A stretch of 63,666 bases of DNA, counting the filler, from Rhabdomonas costata (lineage: Eukaryota): NCBI GenBank assembly GCA_019059605.1. It is 52 parts of 52 records of this genome, joined end to end, with 100 filler letters (N's around TTAATTAATTAA, not from the genome) between each part and the next. Parts side by side here need not be neighbours in the genome. Positions count along the whole stretch, not along the records: positions 39,246 to 40,371 come from JAHMHO010027310.1; positions 40,472 to 41,597 come from JAHMHO010027311.1; positions 41,698 to 42,823 come from JAHMHO010027312.1; positions 42,924 to 44,049 come from JAHMHO010027313.1; positions 44,150 to 45,275 come from JAHMHO010027314.1; positions 45,376 to 46,505 come from JAHMHO010027315.1; positions 46,606 to 47,728 come from JAHMHO010027316.1; positions 47,829 to 48,955 come from JAHMHO010027317.1; 44 more parts are not named here. One strand, given 5' to 3'. Made by a program: the position numbers and the translations under genes. Shown here piece after piece: positions 39,403-52,224 of this stretch. How positions within the stretch are numbered: position 1 is the stretch's first letter; the number at the start of each line of letters is the position of its first letter. Under the pieces are notes generated by a model that saw nothing but the letters and a program-made list of their open reading frames with translations, did not search any database and was not told the origin of the DNA.

Positions 39403-40371
39403 GTGCTTCTTTCGTTTAGAGATGTGGGTGAATGGCTACGTGGCGGCTTTTGCCCGTTTTTTCATGTGGCAGAGCGTTTTTTAAAAATGAAATTTTCTCA
39501 ATCTTGGTTTGGCTGGGAAAACTGTGGTCATCCTGCGCCAGTGACGGTTGATGACTTCAGGAAGATCCTTTCTGATAAAATCCGTACTTTCTTTTCTGCA
39601 TGGAATGATCGATATCCTGCCGTCAAGGGTCTCAATGTCAATGGCCGGCTTGAAATTACCGAGGAAACGCGGGCGCTAGATTTGGTCGACGTTATTCTCT
39701 GCTGCGATAAGGCACGGTTTGAAGCCCTATCCTCGTTTTCTCTCACTGTGCACGATGACCAAGGTGTGGTCCGCGGGACATCAGAGGAGTGCATGCTCAC
39801 CTTCCACGGGACATCGTCACAGAATGCCCTGGAAAGCATCACTAGGTACGGCTTTCTGATGCCTGGAGAGCAGCACCCTCGGTGCGGCTACTCCTTGGAC
39901 ATGAGATGTGGCAACGTGTACGGAGATGGCGTGTACAGTTCCTCACACCCGGACTTTGCAGCGCGCTACGCCAGTGGCGATGCTGAGGGCACGCATGCTC
40001 TGATTGTTAGCGTGCTTTTTCTGGGAAACGTTTCAATGGTCCGCATTGCGGACGAAGCCGAGGCTGAAACCAAAGCCAAACAAGCTGTTTGCGGGGAGAA
40101 GATGGGAAGTCGACTGTCAAAAGCTGTGACTCTTCATGGATTCGGCGGATTGTGTCTTCCTGATTCTGTTACTAAAGTTTACCCCTGGGCCTTTCATGCA
40201 AACACCCTGACCCCTGATTTCGCCAGCCAGTGGATTTGCAGCCGTTCTGATGCCATTGTTCCTGTGGCTATCGTGTTGGTGCGGCCCAAGTGGATCGCCA
40301 TTTCCAGGCGAGACAGGGGCGTAGATGAGCTTCAATTGGGAAGCTCGATTGGGACATCTCCACACCAACAA
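39403..40371 (+). CDS. PARP-like ADP-ribosyltransferase catalytic-domain protein (intronless here, 3'-truncated)
   Basis: FHGTS (His codon 39805), SI..YGF, GNVYGDGVYSS, AARYA, LIVSVLFLG and QWIC...IVP follow the PARP catalytic motif order. About 320 open codons. Confidence 0.8.
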
Positions 40372-40984
40372 NNNNNNNNNNNNNNNNNNNNNNNNNNNNN
40401 NNNNNNNNNNNNNNNTTAATTAATTAANNNNNNNNNNNNNNNNNNNNNNNNNNNNNNNNNNNNNNNNNNNNGTGTTGGCCTGACCTTCTAGCTTCCTCCG
40501 GAGGGGTTTACCGGTTTTATCCGTTACGTGGACTAAGCGACTCCTGACCATGGCCTACTCACAACTAGGGTGTATACCCATAGTGCTACTAGGGTGCATG
40601 TGTCAATCAGTGGTAGTTTTATAGCCATCAACCACTGGCGCTATCGTGGAGCACTGTCACCATAGGACTGGATACCTACTTAGACGCATACCCTCACGAA
40701 ACAGCTCAACTGACACCATGGGCCCGTCCCACTTAGTCGCATCGCACTGCTTATCGCTGTTGTATCGTATGTTAGACAGTGCGTTCATCAATCGTTGCCG
40801 CATGTGCGTGGGGGCGTCTGGATTCCAGCCTGCCAGTTCCATTCGCATGCATGGGTCGTTGTTCATCATCATCTGTCATTGCTCACGGCTAGTTTCGTCC
40901 TTCGGTGGTTTACGCTTTCCTTCTTCCCACCTCTTTGCCTCCCGCAGGGCTTATTGATCAAGCTTGGATATCCCGAGGGACAGC

Positions 40985-41365
40985 CGCAGAATCGAAACCG
41001 AGACCAAAGACCCAAACCCCAACACGAAAGGCCGACTTAACGCCATCCTCAACTCGGGAGCACTAATGAAGACCAAGAACCCAGAATTCAAGAACCCGAA
41101 ACCCAAATACCGGAACCTGAAAACCCAACTCCGAAGAGAAACCCCAACACCCAAATACCCAACCCCAATACGAATACCAACCCCAATACCAACAGCCTCG
41201 AAAACCGAACCCCTCGAATTCCGAACCCAGAAACCCAACCCAGGATACGAATACCAATACGAATACGAATACCAATACAGAACCCCAAAGACCAGAACCC
41301 CAAAGACAGAAGAAGGAACCCAAAGACCGAAGAGAAATTCAACCCCTGAAGACCAAAACCCAAAC
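40985..41365. repeat. A/C-rich degenerate (RAACCC/GAATAC-like) repeat tract
   Basis: Recurrent gaaccc, aaaccc, gaatac and caatac units. Confidence 0.8.
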
Positions 41366-41511
41366 CGCGGTCAGGCGTAACCCGCGGTCATTCTAGGGTC
41401 AGTGGCCTATAAGCGTTCTTTGCCCAATTCGCCCCCACCCCCATGCTGCGCTTACCGTAAACGTATTAATAATGGACCGGATCAATAATGGATCACCTAC
41501 GGATTTTTTGG

Positions 41512-41597
41512 TGAAGAAAAATAATGGATCAGCCAAAAGAGGAGGGTGTCTCCAGACCAGTCCCTTCATCATTTGGCTGATCCATTATTTTTCTTCA
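41512..41597. repeat. Terminal inverted repeat (26-bp arms)
   Basis: tgaagaaaaataatggatcagccaaa ... tttggctgatccattatttttcttca at the contig edge. Confidence 0.92.
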
Positions 41598-44500
41598 NNN
41601 NNNNNNNNNNNNNNNNNNNNNNNNNNNNNNNNNNNNNNNNNTTAATTAATTAANNNNNNNNNNNNNNNNNNNNNNNNNNNNNNNNNNNNNNNNNNNNGGG
41701 GGGTGGTGGAATCTTTGGAACCTGCATCCCGAACCCACGCCTCTGACTGGACCCACTCAGAGGACGATACGCCCAGGAGTTGAATGCGGACCATAACAGC
41801 ACCGACTCTACATCGCAGCTTTATTCTGACGGGTCTACTTAACCACAGAAAACCTGCAGACTCACACAAACACAATTGCAGACCACAACCCTCGTCATAC
41901 CACGATCCAACGACCGCCATTGGAGCGCGCAGTGAACGTGAGCATGGCCACCAAGGCATTGAGGATCGGCACCATCGTTTTGGTGGAGGGTCCATCATGG
42001 AACGGTTTTTCGGGCTTGTCGTCATAAATTTTGTCGAAGTCGTCGAACGAGTCTGTTTGGATAGGAGTGGAGAGTGATGTGCGAAGGAGAGAGGTTGTTT
42101 CGGCTGGATCGACGTAATATGACGCCTTTTTCCTTTGAGGTAGCCGGGTACCAACCCGCTAGGCCCCTGGACAAACTTCCACGCCAATAAAGCTCGTATG
42201 AGAATGAATGCACTTTGACTTCAGCCGTAGTATCCGGACTATCGGAAACACGAGTGCAGACACCAAGAAATGGAAAGAAAAAGCGGAACAAACAGCAACC
42301 ACATCAGCAGAGCCTCGAAGACTTCAGCAATGGTACAGAGCAGCACACAGGAAACATCAGCGCAAGTGCGGGTTAAAAAAAAGGTTTTGGGTTGAAACTT
42401 CTCACTACTTTGACGCCATTAAGAACGTCGGATTGCACGACTCGGAGATGCGGGTTGTGCTTCAGCAAGGCGGGAAGAGCTGAAATGAGGCACTTTAAAA
42501 AGCTCCCGCCTTGAGGTATGCAAACACCCCATGGCCCCTCAATCTAGTCTCCCGCCATCTTTTTCGCCAGGTATGCCATGGGCCCTGCAGGATCATGGTA
42601 GTTTTTCCAAAGTTTCCGAATGCCTATTGGTACCCGCCTCCTGAGAACTTGATAAAATTCTTTTGTATGGGAAGGCCCCTGATACATTGACGACCAAGGT
42701 AGAATGAGGCTAAAACCGAAGTGGTCTACCCGGTTTGCCATTACCGACGGCACCCGCGCCTCACACAATACCCTCCAGCTCTTGAAGGTTCGGCTTCCAC
42801 CCAGGAGGAAATTTAAAAGTCATNNNNNNNNNNNNNNNNNNNNNNNNNNNNNNNNNNNNNNNNNNNNTTAATTAATTAANNNNNNNNNNNNNNNNNNNNN
42901 NNNNNNNNNNNNNNNNNNNNNNNTTTCGGCTTCGCCCGCATTGGAAAACTTGCTCGGGGGAAGGGGGTGCCAGCAAGGGCAGGTACCCATCTGGCTGCGA
43001 GGCAACGGGCCCTCCCGATAGCTGCGCCAGCACCTGGCCAAAGGTGGTGGGCAACCCCTGGGCAGAGCCGTTGGAGGGGGCACGGGACGGGCGAGACCCC
43101 GAGAAGGCCTCCCGGATGGACTGCCGCGTGACCATCAAGGAGGTTCTCTCCTTCAAGGTGCTGTGAGCATTTGTAGGGAGAGGGTGGGGCAACCAAAGGG
43201 AGACAACTAGAGGAGGGTAGCCTCAGAGGTCAGCACATCACTCTAAGTCTTTGGTCTTGCTTCGCTCCGAACCATGGCAAGGTTTGCCGCAGAATGTGTG
43301 AGATAAAACTGCCGAAGCCTGCGCTTGGGTTGCAGCTAATCAGTTCGAGGATGCAGCAACAAATGGGGAAGGAAGCCGGGATTTGGAGGAGTTGAACGTT
43401 AAACGATGGAGGTATGGGAATCTGAAACGAGTATAATGGGGTCAGGAAGAGCCTCCGGGCGTCATCAACGATCGCAACAATAACCCGCACAGACGGGGTG
43501 CCCAACAGTAGCAACAACAACCCCGGTCAGAGCAGTCCTCTCGGGGCAATGATCACCAGGAGTGTGAGCAGGGAAGTGAAGGAATGGCCACTCGATTCTG
43601 ATCTCGCGCAGAATCAACGAGGGAAAGGCATACTTATACAACTTCCGCTGCTTGCGTTTCAGCAGCTTTTTCACCGCCACTTGCATGGCGTAACTCCTAC
43701 GCAAGCAACATAAAGGGAGAAAAAGCATTAATGGAGCTCCACTGCGCCAAGGCATTTCATTGTCCCACACACCCTTGCAAGCCTTCACCCTTCTTCCACA
43801 AAAAACCAGGCACAACACTCTTTAGTGCACAACCGATCACAGGGCACCGAGCGATGAGCGCAAACACCGAATCGGCTTGTTCGAAAAATAAGGATAACAA
43901 ATACACGGGTTGCTGACAGCAGAGGAATGCACAGTACCACTGTTTCACACCAACACCATTGGCACTAGGCGATGTGATGAATCCGCTCTTAACTGCAAAT
44001 ATAAGTCTGCCGCATAGCCTGTGAAGGGACGTCTACTCGACAACCCACCNNNNNNNNNNNNNNNNNNNNNNNNNNNNNNNNNNNNNNNNNNNNTTAATTA
44101 ATTAANNNNNNNNNNNNNNNNNNNNNNNNNNNNNNNNNNNNNNNNNNNNGGTTGGTTGTTAAGCACAGACAGGCAGACCGGTGATCAACGAGCGAATAAA
44201 CACAAGCGATTTAAAAACTGAAAGATGGTCGTGGGTAGGCAGAGCGCCCTGGGAACTCTCCCTGGCGTGGTAACAGGAATGCGCCTGATGTGGCCCACGA
44301 TGTTGTGCAAACTTAATAAGTAATGTGCCGACTTCTCATAAGTAAATTCAGTAATCGCAGCCAACCCTCCAGCCTTAGTCCCTTGCGAAGAGACACATGT
44401 GAACTTTTGAGGGGAAAACTATCGTCAAATTCAGGCGTCGCGCTTCAGAACCAAATTTGCATCGCACATAGGCCTCCAAGTACCATCGCGGATTGAACAA

Positions 44501-44921
44501 AATGAGGTTTGTCGGAAAACCAGCATAACCAATATCAAACGAACATAGCCATAAAAACTCACACTATTTACTTGCAGTTGGGGTGATATTTCTTCTTCTT
44601 CTTTAAAAGGCGCATCTGTGTCGTCGTGGCATAGATTACATTGGCGCCCGGACCGCAGCGGTCTCCCATCATCAGAAATCGTGCAAGCAGCCTTTTTTGG
44701 AGTGAGATAAGCCCCATAACTGCACCGAATCCGGGGTACCCCTGCGGCGCAGCCCGCACTCAGCTCATCTCCACCATTCCAAATGTGCCAGATCGGCACT
44801 GGCATAGTATACGCGGTGCACAGTGAAACTTAGAAAATGGAAGGCGCAAGGACATCCCAGGCCAACAAGCCATTCATTGACAAAAACAGAAACAAGGGAA
44901 CTGCCAAGGGATTTCCCGTGG

Positions 44922-45230
44922 TCACGGGGGAAGCAGCCACGTTCTCACTGTGCGGTCGTCCCCTCCGCTGGCAGCGTACTCCCCCCAATGGGAGCAGCAG
45001 TTCACCTTGCTGAGATGGCCCACAATCGCCAGAGACTCCCCTCCGCCCATCCGTAGGTCCCACACTCGAAGGGTGGAGTCCCGGCTCGCGGTGAGCACGC
45101 GGTGTGTGGGCGCGGCGCCCGCAAACACGGCCTGCCACACGCAGTCACCGTGGCCGCAAAGGGTGACCTCGCACTCCCTAGAGCGGATGTCCCAGAGCCC
45201 TGCAGTTCGATCCGCAGACCCCGTCAACAC
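44922..45230 (-). CDS. WD40-repeat protein, terminal exon
   Basis: cttag|VLTGSADRTAGLWD...GH...LTASRDSTLRVWD...GH...ASGGDDRTVRTW then stop; three WD40 repeats. Confidence 0.93.
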   Translation of the reverse strand: MLTGSADRTAGLWDIRSRECEVTLCGHGDCVWQAVFAGAAPTHRVLTASRDSTLRVWDLRMGGGESLAIVGHLSKVNCCSHWGEYAASGGDDRTVRTWLLPP

Positions 45231-45980
45231 CTAAGCCCGGCCCAATGCGTTGCAAGAAGGCAGAGCCCAAAAAAANNNNNNNNNNNNNNNNNNNNNNNNN
45301 NNNNNNNNNNNNNNNNNNNTTAATTAATTAANNNNNNNNNNNNNNNNNNNNNNNNNNNNNNNNNNNNNNNNNNNNGGGTGGTTGTTTCACCATTTGCCGT
45401 ACGATTTTTCGTGGCATGAGTGCAGTGGAAGTGGTGTGAGGAGGGTTGGCGCTGGTATGTTCCGACGCTTTTTTCATAGGTTTGCAACCCGATCATGCAG
45501 AGGAAGCGCCTGCAAAGGGTATCCGCTGGGACAGTGTCGGAAGGCGGAAAGGAGAGGTCGGCATGGTAAAATAAATGAAATGGATGGGGAGAACGACGTG
45601 CAATATGGTGGCCTCACCGTTTCTTTTCCAGCAAGCTGCTATGGTTTCGTGGTTGTTTTCTTAGCTGAAGATTTTCTGATTTTCTGGGCAAAGCTGCAGA
45701 AGCATGCCCGAGGATTTTGATGTTCAGGGCCTCCATAATCAATGCGCGGCCGGGTTGACCCTTAGGCGGGTACCCGCCTGAACCCCTTGGCGGCTCTTCC
45801 TTTTCTTAATCGTGTGCCGCTTCTTTTCTCAGTGGGGCGGAGAGATATTATTGTTCAAGAAACTCTCATCCTTCACCAAGCCTCGCTTCATGCCTGCGCA
45901 AGGAAATGGCTCTTCGCCATCTGATGTCCACCAATTATCCCACTCATAAATCGCTTATAAACCGCGTGTAAAGTTGTTCA

Positions 45981-46014
<34 letters not shown>

Positions 46015-46054
46015 TGAGTGACATCGAGCAACACACAAACTCTGCACTGCGCAG

Positions 46055-46347
46055 GTCATGCTTCCCGCTCCCCATCGCCCTCCGGGAGCTCCCGCTCCAG
46101 CCGCTCTTCCAGCAGCCGCAGCAGCGGAAGCCGGCCCCGCCACCGCAGACACCGTCACCACCGTCACCATGGCCAACACCGCAAACGGCGCCGCAGTCGC
46201 AGTCGCAGTCACAGTCGCAGCCCAGAGTTGGCTCATGCCGAGGACCTCAGACGACGCGCTCAAGCCAAATTGGAGCGGAAGCTGCGGCAGAAGGCGGCTT
46301 TCGCCGAGGCCTTGGCAAGAATGCTGGAGGCCTCGGAGGGGCTGTGA
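46055..46347 (+). CDS. RS/His-rich protein, terminal exon
   Basis: gcgcag| then SRSPSPS...RHRRHRHH...RRRSRSRSHSRSP, a helical tail and TGA. Confidence 0.55.
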
Positions 46348-46605
46348 GCTGCACCAGTGCCGAGGGTGAGAAGTCCAGAGCGGAGGGGAGCATTGCCCGC
46401 CCTCTAAATGATAGTTGTAGATAAGAAGATCTGTGAATGTACCCTTATGTTCTTGCGGAAGTCTACGTTGTGAAACTGCGGTGTGGTTCAAGCCATGCGC
46501 CTTTTNNNNNNNNNNNNNNNNNNNNNNNNNNNNNNNNNNNNNNNNNNNNTTAATTAATTAANNNNNNNNNNNNNNNNNNNNNNNNNNNNNNNNNNNNNNN
46601 NNNNN

Positions 46606-47340
46606 ATGCTGTTGTCAAGTACCATGGGCTACCGCGAAGTGTGGTCTCCGACAGGGATCAGCTTTTCATGCGCACCTTTTGGCAGACAGTATGCAGAGCC
46701 CTGGACATCAAAATACGAGCTTCAACCCCGTACCATCCGCAGACTAACGGACAAGCAACGGACAACTGAACGGACTAATCAGACACTAAAGCAGGTCCTC
46801 CGAATACTGCAGATCCAACGACCTACCGTTCCTTGGATTCATCACATACCGTTGGCGGAAATGGCCATCAACAACGCTCCAATCGCGAACACGGAGTTTA
46901 GTCCCTACTACCTGAACTACGGATTCCACCCTGTTCTTTTTGGTGATGTACCAGATGCTACCGACCCGGAGCAGTTCTACGCAGACAGAGAGCAAGAGAC
47001 AGTCAAGGAGTTTGTGAAGCGTTTGAAACAAGGTTGGAAAGACATTCAGGCCGCCTTTGAAAAGAACCAAGAAAGCATGGTAGCTCAAGCCAACCGAAAA
47101 CGACGGGACTACGAGTTCCGCGTAGGCGATCTGGTACTGGTCAACCAGACCAAACATCAGCGAGCCTACATGGGCTCCCGTTCACCCTTGTCACCGAGAG
47201 CAGTCGGACCGTTTCCGATTGAAAAGGTAATGAGCCGCAAGTCTATGCGTCTCAAAATCCCCTTCGAAATCATTGGACACGAGACCACTGTCTCCCACAC
47301 CAGCCAACTTATTCCCTACCAGGCACGGATCCTGGACCAT
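46606..47340 (+). mobile_element. Ty3/gypsy integrase (core end plus GPY/F region), frameshifted
   Basis: Frame from 46608: VVKYHGLPRSVVSDRDQLF...FWQ...STPYHPQTNGQ. After a 10-nt duplication (about 46755-46764): TERTNQTLKQVLR...AEMAINNA...SPYYLNYG...FRVGDLVLV...GPFPI. Confidence 0.95.
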
Positions 47341-48407
47341 GTTGGTTTTCTACCGGAAGACAGCGACGAAGATGACGCCTACGGCAGTCCTTATCAACCT
47401 GGACCGCCGCCGCCGCCGCCAACCGATGATCAACGGGTAGATATACTGGCCCACCCGCAAGCCCACCCTCTGGCCTGGCTCGCCGCGACCGGGCCGTTGG
47501 GCTGCCTCTGGGGTGCGTTGACGCCCTCACTCGTCTGGAAGCTGCCCTCCGCGGCGAGGGAAGCTGAGCGCAGCGCCGGCTGCGCTTCGCATGTGTTCTT
47601 CGGAATAGCCTAGTCCAATTGGAACCCTCTTTTCCTTTTCTTGGTGTCAAACGTACCGCTACTCGACCATGCAATTATAACAGCACGTGTACAGTACCTT
47701 CAGACTCGATCCGTGAAGATTTTTTTTTNNNNNNNNNNNNNNNNNNNNNNNNNNNNNNNNNNNNNNNNNNNNTTAATTAATTAANNNNNNNNNNNNNNNN
47801 NNNNNNNNNNNNNNNNNNNNNNNNNNNNTGTGTGTGTGAATGGTTGATGAGGGGTGCAGAAGTTCGATCCATAGTCCCTTCGACAGAAAGCGCACGCAGG
47901 GTCTCAGTCATGATGTTGAAGTCAGCGGAAGACGGCAGGAGTGATTCCGGATCGGAAAGGACGTTGAATCGGAGCAAGGAAGAGCCGTAATCGGTCCAGA
48001 GCAGAAGGGAATTGCGCCAAGTGTTATGGGGAGAAAAGAGAACGGACGCAGAATCAGCGGTCTTCAGCAACCGCCCAAAAAGAGAAGCGAGAAGTTGAAA
48101 ACCCCCAGTTGGTGGTGTTTGGATCAGAAGGAGACATCTCCTTTAGTGTCAGAGGAGGACACTCGCCTAAGATTTGGATGGAATCCCCCGAGTCCGAGCA
48201 TTGCACAGAGCTTTGCGAGTGGAGCGTGGTAGTAGACGAGTTTTCAGAGGAGTTTTTGGATGACTTAGTAAAGACAGCGGTGATCAGCATTCGAAGAGGG
48301 GAAGGCAGAACCCCGGTCCCGCTGTTCGTGTTGCCATTCCAGAGAGACGCGAGAGAGGGGGTTGTGTTCTTGGGAGATTTGCCAGACCGTCCCCCACTCA
48401 GCCACGA

Positions 48408-48740
48408 ATGTTCTTGCCGTTGTGGATTGGGAACACCCAAGTTAGGGCGTTACTGGATTCCGGAGCTTCAGATTCGCTTACAAGTCTGGAGTTGGCCCAG
48501 AGATTCCGTTTGCAGAGGTACACGTTGCAGCAGAAGCTTGCGGTGAGGGTTGCGAACGGGTAAGGACTTCCCGTGACGCACTTCGTCCGAGTTGTCGGAA
48601 GGTTGGGTACCATGCCGATCAAATTGTTTTTGAGAGTGATCAAGACGGCAATCCCAGTGGTGCTGGGCTATTAGTTTTTAACGAGGCTGCAACCTCAGAT
48701 TGATTGGAAGCGCAGAAATGTCAAGGTGTGGAGAAGAGGA
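48408..48740 (+). mobile_element. Ty3/gypsy aspartic protease pseudogene
   Basis: MFLPLWIGNTQVRALLDSGASDS...VRVANG*...VVLGY*FL...PQIDWK. DSG at 48456; in-frame stops at 48561 and 48672. Absent from the ORF track. Confidence 0.9.
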
Positions 48741-51700
48741 AGAATGTACGACATCCAGGCGCTTCCAGCGGTAGATTCATTTCGAATCACATGCCCCACC
48801 ACAGGAATGTTGGAGGCAGAGCAAGGGGAAGTTGATCAAAGAGGTGGACACAGCATTTGTGGCCCCCCTTGTGCGGTGTTACCAACACCTCCAGAGATTC
48901 AGAGGCTCAATAAATTTCCAGCGTCAGTTCCCGGAGGGTTACCCCCTTCAAGGAGNNNNNNNNNNNNNNNNNNNNNNNNNNNNNNNNNNNNNNNNNNNNT
49001 TAATTAATTAANNNNNNNNNNNNNNNNNNNNNNNNNNNNNNNNNNNNNNNNNNNNGTGGTGTGGGGATGATCGAGGTCGGGCCAAAGAAGACGCCCCCTC
49101 CACTCTCTCCTGCGTGCCATGACTGGACGCAGAGGTTGTAAAGCAGGCTTTTTGGGTGCTTTGGGTTGTTGTCTTTTTGATAGGGTGTTGGCGTTCTTCT
49201 TCATTTCCGTATTTGTGGCATTGAATTCTCTGGTAAGGGAGCGGGTAGCGCCCCGCCGCAGCAATGGTCTGCTGGCGAAGGTCTAAAGGGTATGGGCTCT
49301 GTGAGTCGACTGCTACTGTTGTCCACGGCCCGTCCACAAAAAAAGCGCAAACGCTCGCGAAAAAGAAATCAGGATGTTCTCGCCCACGCCTCACCCCATC
49401 TTGCCTTCCTCCCCACCAATCTTCCCTCTCCCTCTTCTTTGTGTGGCAGAGGCTTTTTTGCCTTTCTTTGTGTGTGTTTTGGAAGGAGGATTTTTTTTCT
49501 TTTTCGCTGTGTGCGTGTACTTGTGCTTGTGAGCTCTCAGCGAGTAAACCTTCTCTGGAGTGGAATTCCCTCCGCTGTCCCGCCAATTAACTGAACTACC
49601 AGTGAACGGAAAGCCTTGGCCGGGGCTTTTTGGAATCCAGGCACCTCCCTCGTTGGAGTGCACGTGTCACACACACCCTTCCTCTTCCTCTCTCTGTCTT
49701 TTCTGCCGGCACACACACAAACAGAAACACAATGGCACACATTGACATGCTTGGCCTACTGACACACACTGGCACACACTGGCGTACTGACACTCACTTT
49801 ACTCGTTCGCTCACTCACTCACTCACTTACTCACCCTGTGAACACTGAGTGCACAAGCCGTGTGTTTGTTGGAGGTTTCCCTCCGCCAGGAGTTCGGCCA
49901 ACACTCCCGCCTCGGTCGTTACTGCTTTAGAGGAACTGCTGGGCGGATGTCCTCCGGAAGCTTCCCTGGCGCACCAGAACCGGCTTGACAGGGCTTGACG
50001 ATCTTCCTTCTGCGCTTGCCCAGCGCTTCTTCTGCGTCGCCTGCTTCTCGATGTTATACACAGATGCGCATGCACAACACACACACACACACACAGATGC
50101 GGAGACTCGCGCGTATTACACCCCACTAAGCCGAAGTCCTGCAACGCGGTTGTGTCACGTCACTCTCTTCCCCCCACCCACNNNNNNNNNNNNNNNNNNN
50201 NNNNNNNNNNNNNNNNNNNNNNNNNTTAATTAATTAANNNNNNNNNNNNNNNNNNNNNNNNNNNNNNNNNNNNNNNNNNNNGGTTGGGTGTGGACAGTAC
50301 CTTTTCTGTCCTCTTTCGTTCGCACGCGTGCTCATTTTTAATGGACGGTGTCTACTTGCATGACATGCCGATGACACCGACGGATGACACCAAGTGGTGA
50401 ATCCTCGCAAATGTTAGCGTTTCTTTCACTGGAAGCGAATAAGCGGCCAAAAAATTGCATTCCAACGCCCCGCGGACTTCGGCCACACCTCTGGAAGTTC
50501 GCACAAAGATACCCATAAATTCTACTCTTGTAACTTCGCAGCCAATAAAACGGGAAGGCGCAGAGGGAATGGATGCCGGTTTGGCGTCTCTCCGGTCGCG
50601 GCATCGGACAAGCCACACTTCGCGCTTTCTTCGATAGGAGGTTTCCTCAATGGGGTGGCTCTTTTTTTACAATCTGGAAATTGGAAAGAAAAGAAAATGA
50701 CTTCTGCAACCTCTTTTGCACACCGATGGGACAACAGTGTTTTTTGCAAGCTGTTTACCTGGGGAAGCATGAAGAATGCATCCACACTGGTGAGGAAACA
50801 GGACAAAATAGAGAAGCAACTCATTGTTGAGGGAGGGAGGGGGGCAAGACAAGAGCCTTTTCTGCAACATTTGAAAAAACTTTTCGGTTTCCTAACAAAA
50901 TTTGGCTTTTGTGTGGTGGGTTGGTCCTGCATGGCTCGGTTCGACCGCTGATCTTCTGGGATTCCTCCAAGTTAGGATAGAGCAGTGGAATACTTCACCT
51001 TCTTTCACAAGTGAGTGACTCTCTTTTGCATTCTTAAACCGGGCAAAATAAATTGATCATCCAGCTTCTAAATCAACTGGTGCCTTCCAAGGCGAAGTCG
51101 GCTATGCGCGCGGGGTTTGGTGCGATGCCGGGGCCGGGGCCGGATCTTCGTTTTTATTGTGCGTCTGTCAAACTCACCCTTCAAGTCCCCACTCTGCGCA
51201 TTTCTCCTACTGGTGCCACGTAAACGGCAACATAAGTCGTCTCTGATATTGGGCATGTTCTACCGGTATGCTGCTTCCCAGGAGAATCCCGAAGGAATTA
51301 TGATCCGTCCGTCTTCTCGTTTGCATGTGTAATCGAAGTTTGGGCGACACTAGTACATCTTGCCTTTCTTCTCCCAGCACCCCATTTTTCTATCTCTCCA
51401 ACACCACNNNNNNNNNNNNNNNNNNNNNNNNNNNNNNNNNNNNNNNNNNNNTTAATTAATTAANNNNNNNNNNNNNNNNNNNNNNNNNNNNNNNNNNNNN
51501 NNNNNNNGGGTTGGGTGAGGAGCGACCGAGAGGGAGCGACGATGAGGATACATGCCAGAGTCGTCACTCGCTCCCCGCTACACGGGTCACTCGTTCCTCC
51601 AACTCATCAGTCGTTAGCATTCTCCGTACGTCGAATGCTTCCTCCAACAGAGGTTCGGTACGCCACCATAAGGTGCCTTCACTCACCGGTCGTCACTCCG

Positions 51701-52224
51701 CTCGAGTCCCTCGCTGCGTTCCTCCAGTTGTCCTCGCTCCACTACGTTACGCTCGTCCTCTTTGTATACGTTCTTTCGATCACGGTTCACACTCGACATT
51801 CACTACGTTCATGGTTCGTTCCTGTTCACTGGTCGTCAGCATGCTCGGGTCCTCGCATGCTTCCTCCGTTGATGGTTCCCTCCACCACCATAAGGTGGTT
51901 ACGGTCACTGGGTCACACTCGCTCCTCTCACGCGTCAACCTCACCACGAAAAGACGCTAGATCCACACCACCCGTAACCGCCTACAACGTCGCCATACCA
52001 TGCACCTATCCCAAACAAAGAAACGCAACAGGCACAACTGTCCACAACATCTCCAACGCCGAATGCTACGCCCACGAATGCATAGCTCCAACCCTCCGAA
52101 TCCAGAACCACGCGACCTACACCACAGCAACACACAGCCCACCAATGAACGCACCCTAGAGAACAACCGTCTGGTCCAGCGAAGAGCCCGTTAGTTCAAC
52201 GACACGCGAAGAGTGACAAATGGT

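Noticed and set aside
40964..41380. Pro/Lys/Thr-rich ORFs in A/C-rich tracts (also 52220-52597, 56584-57000, 25871-26263)
   Set aside because: Open frames are explained by low-complexity composition lacking stop codons
48561..48674. TAA/TAG reassignment suggested by in-frame stops in the protease
   Set aside because: The stops are in a decayed retroelement, and the conserved host exons show no in-frame TAA/TAG
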